DNA of 60,501 nucleotides, filler included, from Bipalium vagum (Eukaryota), in the NCBI GenBank assembly GCA_037834085.1. It is 3 parts of 3 records of this genome, joined end to end, with 100 filler letters (N's around TTAATTAATTAA, not from the genome) between each part and the next. Parts side by side here need not be neighbours in the genome. Positions count along the whole stretch, not along the records: positions 1 to 21,818 come from JBBMKC010231732.1; 2 more parts are not named here. One strand, given 5' to 3'. Below the pieces are notes generated by a model. That model saw only the letters and a program-made list of their open reading frames with translations, searched no databases and was not told the origin of the DNA. The number at the start of each line of letters is the position of its first letter. Positions within the stretch are counted from its first letter, which is position 1. Below, one piece after another: positions 1 to 11,400 of the stretch. A program made the translations under genes and the position numbers.

Positions 1-365
1 TATATTATTTTGCTCGACTCTCATAAACAGGAAGTCACATTTCAGAAATGTGATTAATTTTTCTTACACGAGAATCGTTGAAAAAGGAAAGGAAATCGAT
101 CAGAATTATTACATTATTTTACGATTATATCTGTTACAAGTTTCACATTTAAATATAATACAAGAGCTGATCCTTTATAAATTTAGTTCCAAGAATATAC
201 TTAAATATTATTATTATTTAAACTATAAAATAGAAATCGTTATACATGAAAATGGAAAGTAAAATATACAACAAGTGTACAAATAATTTAAATAATAATT
301 ATCATTTTTCTAGAAACATACTGATTATAATATAATTAGGCAAAAAAGATCAGATTTTTTATTAA

Positions 366-546
366 NNNNNNNNNNNNNNNNNNNNNNNNNNNNNNNNNNN
401 NNNNNNNNNNNNNNNNNNNNNNNNNNNNNNNNNNNNNNNNNNNNNNNNNNNNNNNNNNNNNNNNNNNNNNNNNNNNNNNNNNNNNNNNNNNNNNNNNNNN
501 NNNNNNNNNNNNNNNNNNNNNNNNNNNNNNNNNNNNNNNNNNNNNN
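366..546. other. Assembly gap (181 N)
   Basis: Run of N with no linker. Confidence 0.99.
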
Positions 547-755
547 TGAAAATTAATAATAAAACTTAATAATAAAATAATAACATTAATTTTAAAAAAA
601 TGATATTAATAATAATATTAATAGTAATACTAATTGACAAGTTCATCATAGAATACAGTGTTATAAAAACTTCGTAATTTACATAGAAAAATGAAATGTA
701 TTAACCCTTCAACGTATGGGTTGATTTTAATATTAAACCCTGATTTGAATTTTTC

Positions 756-1084
756 ATTGATCAATAAAAAAATTGATCAAAACATCTTTGGTGAAATTTT
801 TAAAATTTATTGATACATCATGAGAATAATTATTAATGGGTAACTCCAACCAAAATTATTTAATAATTTCGAACAGATTTAATTCTGTGAAAAAAGATTT
901 TCTTGCCACAATTTCAATAATCAATCAATACATCTTTATTGTTAAATTTATTGATGAGTTTTATTCAATTATTTATTGAAAAAAAATTATTATTGGATCA
1001 ATAATTAACATAATTAAAAGTGATTATCACAAATTAATATTGAACATTTTACTTATTAAAAAATCAATGAACATTTCTATTGAT
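756..1084. promoter_or_regulatory. Cluster of ATTGAT/ATCAAT motifs upstream of the LARP1 ATG (candidate promoter)
   Basis: 10 copies counted (756, 760, 772, 809, 920, 924, 950, 997, 1063, 1079) within ~330 bp, 160-490 bp upstream of the ATG. Function is inferred. Confidence 0.4.
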
Positions 1085-1244
1085 TTTTTGTTGTCGAATT
1101 TTATTCGAATTTATTTAATATTTTTCAAGCTCGATTTTTGTTTTTGAATTTTTTTTAATCGTATTGTTATTTTAAAAAAAATTCAAGTCAATAAAACAAA
1201 ATCAAATTTGTTTAAATAAATTCGCATATTATTTTCACGTTATC

Positions 1245-3749
1245 ATGGATCAAGAAGACTGGCCCGATCTCAATCAATCAAAGAACGTAAAAACTTCCAA
1301 AAAGGAGGTTGGTTTTATCATGGTTAATAATGTTTTGATGATGATCCCTTGCAGCAATATAAAACTAGCCAAGCTAATCTAAAGCATGTACACAAGAATA
1401 AGAAAGTAAAATCTGTTATTATTGAATTGATAGCTTTCATTGGACATTTCTCATACAGACAAATGTCAAGCAGAAAGAAACCGTGAAAAAGGTTGTCGAT
1501 CTTAAGACGGCCGTGAAGGACTTCGATGAAAACACTGCCTACCAATACACTGTTGGTGTTTCGAAAAATGCCTTAATGAAACCTCAATGTACCAAAAACC
1601 AGTCCGAGGTGGCAAACAAAGGACCATCGATTGAAGAAGCTTTCAATATCATGATGTTCAGGAACAATATCAACTATGTGAGAATGAATCTGTTGGCTTT
1701 CTATTTCAGCGAGGCCAACATAAGAAAAGACAATTACATGATCGAAAACATGGACAGTAACGGTTGGATAGAATTAGGAATAGTCTTGAACTTTCAAAGA
1801 TTGAAAAGAACGAGAGCAACTGCATCGGACCTATACAACGTACTTAAAACCATTAAATCATTTCATCTACTAAACGATATATTCAGATTGCCATTGTCCT
1901 ACAACTGTCACCATTCTCAATTCAGAAAGGTACAGTTGATAATGTTTACATAGAATTCAGTGCCAATTTGGACAAGATTCGAAGAAGTGACATGGAAAAC
2001 TATTCGGCATTGTTTCCACATTTCCAAATTCCCAAGACCATCGATTTGCGTCTCAATGTCGACATTCCTCATCCCGACTTCAGTTTCGGCTACTTTGAGA
2101 CTGAGCTCGAACCGGTAATTGATACATATATACCATTGGCAGTGGAACCTAAAGTCGTCAGCAAAGAAGGTTAAACAGTTAAATGGTCTCAGATTTTGTT
2201 AAAACACTTTGTCCGATATTTTAGAAGTGAATGATGAAAACGTAGCATTTGAATTCAGCAAGGGTATATCAGAAATGCCAACAACAACCAAGACCGTAAG
2301 GGGTTTTTAATCAATCTCTACTGTGTACCTTCTATATATTTAGGTAATCCGAAATAAATATAAAACCATAGATTCCGAAAGCGATTTAGAAGAAAGCAAT
2401 ATTTACTTAATCAATTTGAATGCCAAGACTCTTGACTGGGATCAAGTGAGCGATAGCGATTCAGTTATTGATCAACAATATCCAAATGGGGAAAATAGGT
2501 TTGTAATGATCAACTAAGGTTCCTGGGAATAATTATGTTGCAGAGTAAATTTGAAAAAGAATCTGGAAGAAATTTTCAATACCCGAACCAGATATCGGTC
2601 GGTGTCCAGCGGTTCCACCTATAATGTAAAATAAACATTCATTTATTAGCCTGTTACATATATAAATTCTTGATAGAACCAAGAGGATGTCTATTCGAAC
2701 CTTTGTTTACCGGAATTAAATTTAGATGAGAAAATGTTACTTATGAACAATAAGCGACCTGTAACCATATTCAAACTAAAGCCGTTGGATGCAGACGATG
2801 ACGCTGATAATGATCTTTGGAATGAAGCTGGAATTAGCTCTTATAGCAATCCTGTTGGATTATATTCTCAAGATAACAAGGGTGATGACAAGGTGGGATG
2901 TGAAATGATTGACAGACTATTGGAGAATGTTATTTATAAATACGAAAAATCGTGCGTTATAATAAAACCGGAGATCAAAGAAGAAAAACCACGTACTACT
3001 TCTAGATTACCCAGAAATCGATTACACTTTTACGAGTCGGATAATGATGACATCAAATCGGTTGATGATAACATGATGGGTTATCTATACCAAAAACAGA
3101 GCCGAAGGAAACGAAACTCTTCTTCCAGCAGTTACAGCCAGTACAGAGATTCCGGAAAATTATTGTCTCGGGGAATTAATATTCCTCATCAAAACCATCC
3201 CAGTGAAAAGCTCTTGAACGAAGAGTTCAAATTCAGTGATTACAAGAACTTCAAATCGAATGCACTTAAAGACAGAGAAATGACCGGAAACGGAAGATCG
3301 GCGGAAATGAATGCTTTGTTCAGATTCTGGTCGTTTTTCTTAAGAGAAAATAGTCAAAAGAAGATGTACAAGGAGTTCCAAGAATATGCATGGGAAGACG
3401 CGGCTTGCGGATATCGTTACGGTGTTGAGTGCGTATTCCGCATGTATACTTATAAATTGGAAAACAAAGATCACTTTAATATGGACGAGTACATGGATTT
3501 CCAACGAAATGTGGTTCAAGATTTGAATATGAATAGTCTTTATGGACTGGAAAAATTCTGGGCCTTAAGACATTATGGCAATCTGGATATTGAAGCCTTG
3601 CCAGAGATCGAGGAGAAACTTAAAGAATATAAAACGAAAGAAGATTTTAGAAAAAATGTGAGCTATTTCCCTATAATATTTTGTTGATTGATACTTTTGT
3701 TTAGTTTGTCCCTCCTCAAGGATTCTATGGATATCAGCTCACGTTTTGA
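1245..3749 (+). CDS. LARP1: La-related protein 1 (La motif + C-terminal DM15 domain), 9 exons
   Basis: Manually spliced exons 1245-1307, 1355-1405, 1459-1839, 1887-2169, 2225-2295, 2344-2498, 2544-2625, 2677-3657, 3705-3749. All introns are GT-AG, 45-55 nt and phase-compatible. N-terminal EDWPDL resembles the LARP1 NWPT motif. La motif [36 protein letters not shown]...DKIRR. DM15 repeats [51 protein letters not shown]. Ends [14 protein letters not shown]. Confidence 0.95.
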
Positions 3750-4000
3750 GTTGGAAAATGTACATTAATGCAATGTATTAAATATATTATTATGCTTAAA
3801 AAATGAGTTTTTTTTTAAAAATTTAAATTAATGTTAAACAGGCACAATTTGAAAATTTTTTTATTAATGTTTACTTAACCACAAACGAAAAACTGCTTAA
3901 AATATGGATAAAACATTGAATAAAATTATGATAAATAAAAGGTTTCATATTGATTGTGGTAAATAAAATCTGTGATTTGTTTGGGTATATTTTTGTTGTC

Positions 4001-4785
4001 GATATTGAATAGAAGATTTAGCTCCGTTTTAATAAGGCTGCACTTGGTTCCTGTAATGTAACAATTTGAGTTTTTCATTTGATTTTTCCCTAATTATTCA
4101 TTCGAAAAGCCTATCTACATTTGTAATGTGCATTAAAAATTTTGTAAAATTTTCAATTAACATCGATTTTTAATAATTATTATGATTATATTATAACAAT
4201 TCTTTATGGGGCCATTAAATTTTTTTCCTTATTCAAATAAAATAATAAAACTATTGTTAATTAAAACTTGTGTATTTTCTAAATAAAAAAATTTCTTAGA
4301 TCCCCTTATAAATCGTTATGGATATAAAAATTATAAATCAGTCTGGATACTTCCTCCCAAAAAATAAAATCTTAAGTGACGAAAAAATAATATTCATTTG
4401 AGGTGGATATTTAATAGACTTCCGTTTTCAATAAGGCTGTATTTGTCACCTGTAATGTAATTATCTGAGTTCTTCTCTCCTTTGATCCATTATCATTCAT
4501 TGTGAAAGCGTTTCTACATTTGAAATATACCTTCAATAAAAAAATTGTAACATTTCGAAAATTAAAAATCTTCAATTAACATCGATTTTTAAAAAATAAT
4601 TATGATTATATAACCAAGTTTACGAATTTTTATGGACCTATCAAATTCTTATTCATTCAAGTAAAATAATAAAACTACTTGAAAAATTTAAATTGATAAA
4701 TAAATTGCTTGTACCCCTTAATAAATCGTTATTTTCACAACCCTATGAATACTTCCCCAAACATTAAAATAAAATCTTAAGTGAC
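4001..4785 (+). repeat. Degenerate direct tandem duplication (~380-bp units, period ~405)
   Basis: Copies 4001-4380 and 4406-4785 share, in order, ctccgtttt(c)aataaggctg, cctgtaatgtaa, tctacatttg, caattaacatcgattttt, ccctta(a)taaatcgttat and aaaataaaatcttaagtgac. Confidence 0.9.
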
Positions 4786-5246
4786 TGTAAAAAACAATTT
4801 TTCCAATATTGAATAATATTTTTTTTGAAGAAAAATGATATGGAGAGCATTTAAAAGATCCATGTGATACAAGACAATTTACTAAATGCACAAGATTTTC
4901 TAACAAATGGTTCAAACATAGGGTTTCTCTAATTTGAGGATCTGCATTATTATTATTATTCAAAATTTGTATAAAAGCATTGTCAGCACAAACAAAAAAA
5001 CGGTATGATCATGAAAGAAGTGGAACTCTAAGGTTTCCACTGTATGTAGCTACACACCAGATTACATTGATCTCACTAAAAAGTTTGAGGCAATAAAAAA
5101 TTATCAATGTCATTCATGCTCATTTGATCCAATTCAGATGGGACACATTGTAAATCATATACAGCAAAAAATAATAACAAGAATAACAAAAGATTTTCAA
5201 TAAATATTAAATCTTCGTTGAGACTTTCTCAAATTTGAAAAGACTT

Positions 5247-5405
5247 TCATCTAAAAATCAACATATCGTTTGTGGCTGAGGTTGGTGTTGACTGTTGCCG
5301 AGTGAACTGCTTCAAGTTGCTGAAGTTGGAGACAGATGAGGATATTTTTGGAGATTTTATACATTTGCCAGGAATTGGAAAATCGTCAGATTTCGATGCG
5401 ACAAT
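5247..5405 (-). CDS. Probable terminal exon of the TRPM gene ([15 protein letters not shown]...MLIFR*)
   Basis: Acceptor ctttatattcgttag| at 5406-5407, then 52 open codons and TGA in phase 0. The other two frames close early. Matches the phase-0 donor GAG|gttaga at 7386/7385. Locally higher GC than the flanks. Confidence 0.6.
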   Translation of the reverse strand: MVASKSDDFPIPGKCIKSPKISSSVSNFSNLKQFTRQQSTPTSATNDMLIFR

Positions 5406-8400
5406 CTAACGAATATAAAGTATTATATTTTTAAAAATTTAATAATAAGACAAAAAAGTGCAATTACTAAATTTAGATGGTGCATTTAAACAAAAAAATG
5501 TCTGTTTTGACACAATAAAAAAAATTATCATTAGAGTTTCACTAGCTTATTACCAAGTTTGTTTAAAGGTATTTGTGGCAGTTCATTACGAGACGGCTTA
5601 AGTAATAATGTTGCCACCAACATTTATATTATGACAATACGTTTTTCGTAAAAATATTTAATGTCATAGATGAAGACAGTTTTTTTTCATTTTTTTATTC
5701 AATGTAGTTCATTGTCAAGATCCAATCTTTTGGTACAGTTCGTTTTAAACAAGTAATATCAAGTATAATATGATATTTTTTATAAAATCTTAAACAATCA
5801 CTGGAATCCTTTAAAAATTATGAATACATATCAGAAATAATTAAAATAAAATCAATATCTATTTCAAAATAATAGAATAATATCATCAGTACTTAAAGAG
5901 ATAACGCCGAACTTTGGTAAAAAATAAAAACGATTTAGTTTTCTCATCTTCCTTTAAAACTTGTTTTAATATTTTTCCTTTCTGTGAAAGTTTCCTTTAA
6001 CGGGCATGGCTGTTAAAGAGTAAGTATCAGATTTAAAATTGAATATAACTAAGATAACACTACATTTTTGACACATTAAAAATGAAGATTTTTTCACAGA
6101 ACATCTATTAACCGCTCTAATAATACCAAATCTGTCAGATCTTCAATATTGTATGGTTTTTCTTTTACAAACATTTGTCTTTAGATATCTCAAAAGATAT
6201 CCAGTAGGGAAAGATCTGGTGATCTCGCAGCCAAAAGGGATGTTCAAAAATTCCTAACTCTAAGTGAGTAATGAGCAGGAGCTGCTGCGCATTGAAAAAT
6301 TAATGTGATCTTGTTCGCCGAACAATTATGTAGTACTAAAACTGTATCAAATTTCTTTAGTAACATTTCGTGCAATGTCATTATTGTATTTAAACCAATA
6401 AGATTGGTTGAAAAATTTTTTAAAATAGTTTTATATCATTAATTAAAAACTTTCCCCATTTGAAAAATAAAATCACCTTTCATAGACACTTTGATTTACG
6501 TAAATTAAATTTATAACTTATAGGGTAAAAATTTTTTTTATGGTACATATACAAAATTAATATTTAGTCAAAAATAAAATATATACACATAATGACTGTT
6601 GGAATTCATTGATCAAAATTACGTGGTTAACTGTAAATATTTGATGAACAATAAATCAATTTTTTTTCAATAAAAATTATTTTTATTGATTATATTATTA
6701 TTAATTTTAAATTAAATTCGAATAAAATTCAAAAAATTTCATAAAGAGATTGTCTAAAATAATTTCATAGAAAATATATTGCATTAAAACAATTTTTAAT
6801 AAACTTGAATACATTGTGCGTTTTTCAATTTTCCAAGGGGATTTTATTTAATTCGTTTGAAAATGATAATATAATCTCTCAAGTCATCAGATTTTCTGTA
6901 ACAAATATTTTCTTCAACGAAGTGTTAATGAAAATCTCACAGACAAATCTTAGCAATTTTTTTTTCAAATTGATTTCTTTTTGTAAAAAATATTCACGAT
7001 AATTCATTTCTGACAAAAATTTTAACAAGACAAATTCTGCATCCAATGCAACGCCGATGCAACTTTATATGGGTTTTTTTTTATCAAGGATGCTATACTA
7101 ACCGAAATCCGAGATCCACACTGTTACCAGAAACGCAAAACTCGATGAGAAGATCAAATTTCCACTGAAAGGATCCCTCATAAAAATTTTAACCAAACAA
7201 AAATCTCATCGCACCTGAACACAACAATCGCAGCGGGCTGAAAACGAGCGGAAACTTGTGAACAGAACCCAACGCAACACGAGACACGACGGACAAATAT
7301 CAAATCAAAAAATGAAAGACGATTGTATTTTGATGATAAAGACAAAAATTTATTATTAGAGGGACTTATACATGTTTCCTCTAACCTCCTGGACGACCTC
7401 GGAGATATTCTCATCGATCTCTCCCGCCGACGAGCAACTCTGCTTGTGTGACAGTTGCCGTAGTCGTTGGACGATCACGCTTGTCATTTCGTCTCGCTCT
7501 GTCTTCTCCGCCTGTCGCAGCTCGTCCTCTTTGTCCTGCTCCGTCATCATTTCTTTGTTGCTCCGAAGTTTGTTCCTCTTTGCCTTCGATTTCATCAATC
7601 GATTGAATTTCTTGGACTTTCCGGCCTGTCGAAGGTCAATCATACTCGTCGTGGGACTGGCTGGAGGCGTTTCTTTGGACTAAACAATAAAAAAAGAAAT
7701 GTCAGTATGAGTATGTCTGTGTCTGCATGTGCGTTGTGCGGTGCGAAAACAAGCACACAAAATCAACAAACAAATCAAAAACCGTACGGTAATCCAATCG
7801 GAAATGATGATTTCGTCACAGATTGTCGTGTAGTCCCTGCGCAAGGGAATCGAGTATTTGTCGATGATAGGACAAGCTTGAGACATGGATCGCAAGTAAC
7901 CTATGTTTTTTCCGCTATTGTTGCTATGGTTTCGTTTGAAAGAAGTCTGAGACTCAAGCATATGATATAGTCCCCGTTTTCTTCGCCTGACACCGTGAAA
8001 AAATCAATAAACAACGGATACGAACAAATCAAGAATAAACCATACCTATTGACGCTGTGGTTGAGATTGATTTCCGTATTTTCTTCTGCCATTAAAACGT
8101 CAGTAGCTCGAGTGGCTGAACCACCGGCTTCCATTGTTTGAGTTCTGTTGTTGTTGTCACCGTCTCCAAGTTTCGACATGTCAACTATTCGATTAGAAAT
8201 TACCATGCCCTGGTCAGCTTCGTCGTTGGCGAATGTTGGACCTGATGTACAGTCTGGGAAAATGATCGATAAAAACAAAGAAAACATTGAAACAGAAAAA
8301 CGAACATGGAACATAATTGACATCGGGAAAAGAAACGTTTATCGAATTTTCGATCTGATTGATCTTTTCCAACAGAGCGCTGCTTTGGAACTTGTAATTA

Positions 8401-11400
8401 ATGTTGAGATCGTTCAGATTATTATTGGTGCACTGCAAGTTGACCCGCATAATGTTGAACTTGGAATGCAGCTCTCCGATTTGAAACTGGGTCTGATCCA
8501 TGCTGAACGACGACGATTGGCGGTTAAGTATCAGCATTTACAAAAATACGATTATGGAGCGCAGAAAACCGAAATTAATTAAACAGGAAAAAAAGGGGAA
8601 AATGCGGAAATAATCACCAACAAAATATGATTAATTAACAAAAAGAACTCAGTTTTTTCTCAATGGCAATAAATTAAATTGATTTTCTCAAATCAAAATA
8701 TTATCCAAAGAAATAATAAATCAAACTTTAATTAATATTTTCATTTTATTAATTTTATCGATTGTTTTGTTTTTATTCCGCAAAAAATTCAGATTTCTTT
8801 CAAAAATCGATGAAATTAGTTTTTTATTATATTTTAGCATATTTTTTAAATCTATTTATCTTTTTAATGATATTATTAAATTATTATCATCATTGTTATT
8901 ATTATTTTTTTATTATTTATTATTACTATTATTATTATATTCATAAATTTATCAAAGAAATTCCCAATACCATTGAAGACTGCGTTTGATGACATTGTTT
9001 GGATCGAGATCCCCATGGGCTTTGGCGTGTCGACAATAGTCTTCAACACATTCTTCCTCGAAATCGTGCAACTTTTCAATCTCATTGACGGACAAGAACA
9101 GTTCTAAATCACAGCAATGGCAAAGCCAAATCGATTAAAACCCATCAAAAACCAAATGAGACTGGCTTACTCAATCCTGCCGAATGTTCTCGTCGATCGA
9201 TTTTTTCCTCATTAACGTTATTACGATGGATGTTTTTAATCAACCGCTCTTTCACTAAACAGAAGCAATTTTTTAAAACGAAATATAGTTTTCTTATTAA
9301 CATATAGATCCACACGAAAATGATGAACGGAGGTGGCGTGAACGGCCGGCTCTCGTAATCGATAATAATGGGATATCTCAGATACATGTACACCTTAACC
9401 GATGACTCTTTCATCTTTCCATAAATGTCAGTGATTCCGGCAATGATGAGACTGAGAATAACGACGACGGCTGTCAACATGAACAGAACCATTGCCAACG
9501 GTACGGTCCAATTTAAAGGGCTCGTTTTAGTTTCGTCGGGAAAATCCACAGCTGAAAAAACCAGAAATTGATAATTATTAAAAAAAGAAACAATCATGTA
9601 CGATCGATTTCTGCTGCATACACTTCTCCATAAAGCATAAAGTAAGGTTTGAGATAGATATTTTTCAAAATATTCCCCAGACTGAGATCGTCGATACCAT
9701 TGTACATGATACCTTGCCTCACTATTCCAAAAGCTGTCATGATCACACTCAAAATCATAATGGGTGGTGCGATTTGTTTGACCTAAGAAAAAAGAGCGAT
9801 AAATCAATATTGGGATGTTCCACCGAAGCACCATACCATGCACCGAATCATCTCGATGTAGGCTCCGAAAAACCTCCAATTTTGCATCAGTTCCAAAGAC
9901 TTTAAAACCCTGAGAGAAGAGAATAAAAAAATTAAAACAAATAATTCATTCACCAGTATGCCGTCCCCAAAATAACCAGGTTTCGACCCCATAGAAAGAT
10001 ATATTTTTGGTGTTCAGCAATGGCTCCCGTGGAATTGGGGTTTTGGCTTTGAGTTAATTGATATTGATATGTAGCCATAAATCGAATACTAAACGCTATG
10101 AGACAATAAAAGCCCCAGCCAAAATCGAAAAAATTCCACAAAGATTCGAAATGAACTTTCATCTTTTGAGCAATATTAATACCGGCTGCGTTAGAAAACT
10201 GAAATAAAATTGGGTCATACAGCGATCTACAAAACCCATCAGATAATGTTACCTTGCGGAAATGGTCCAGAAAGTTGGTGGCAATGTAAAAGTAAACGTA
10301 CATTTCCAAAAGGTCTACGCTCTCCATAGACCATTTGATAAAAGCCAGGCGAATGAGCAAAATAATCAATGTTGTATGAGATATCTGAAAATAGGAATGA
10401 CACAGTAAAAAGAAAACAGGTTAAAAGATTTCGAGGTCAATAAAAATGGTGATAGTCAAATTGAGAATGACAATGATTGATTAATGTAATAAACAAATGT
10501 TTTTGAATTTAAACAGTTTTCCAATAATCTTCTGTGAGCAACTGAAAAATGTAATACAAAAATCGTCGAAACATTTATTTTCACTGATCTCATCGAATAC
10601 CGAAACGAAAACTACTTTCAGTAACGTTTTCCATTGATTTTTCAATATTCGGGCAAAGGCCAGTGGGAAAAATATCACGACCGAAAAGTGGTTAAACGAA
10701 AATGACACAGATTTTTTGTAAATTTCGATAACATTCCGTGACAAGATTTCTTTGACTTCTAAATTCCATTCTGTCATAAAATTCATTTTTGTACGATTTC
10801 TAAGTTCAGATTTAGTTTTTATGAGAAAATTTAGTTGGTCGTTTGACATATCAGTGACAATCCACTGAATATTCACTTCAGTTATGTACTAACTACAGAT
10901 AATGAAAATAAACACAAACAACCACTTAATAGCAATAATAATAATAATAAGATAATAGTAAAAATATAATAATTATCATAAGAAAAAATATTCTATTCAT
11001 ATTAATAATAAATAATAATATTATTAAAAGGTTAATAATGATAAGAATACGTACCACATTTAAATAAAATTTGGTGATTGGTGCATAAAAAAATTCATAA
11101 ATCTTTTTGCGCCACGAAAGCTGAGTACCAAGGGGTATTTGAGGATTATCCTGACCGTATTCTAAGTGAGTGTCTGGAACGTATTTCGTGAAACTGGGAT
11201 TGTTGAATGTCACTGAGGGTCTAGCGTTTTGAAAATGAATAGATAAAATTACAATAATATCAATATTCACCGATGAGACAGATCAACAAGAGTTTGTTGG
11301 CCCCCATTCATGGGTTGGAGAAAGGAAAATGATGATACCGTTGGACAAACATGGATATGACTTTTACTATCTGGATCGATTGAAACAAAAATTATTATTT

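Noticed and set aside
7178-8582. Dense overlapping ORFs on both strands suggesting an inserted GC-rich element or antisense gene
   Set aside because: The minus-strand frames are TRPM C-terminal exons (coiled coil, [17 protein letters not shown]...RLRQLS). The plus-strand ORFs are antisense shadows.
9145-9879. 244-aa ORF as a stand-alone membrane protein
   Set aside because: Its first half is out-of-frame read-through of TRPM S5/pore exons and introns. Only ~9552-9168 is in the true frame.
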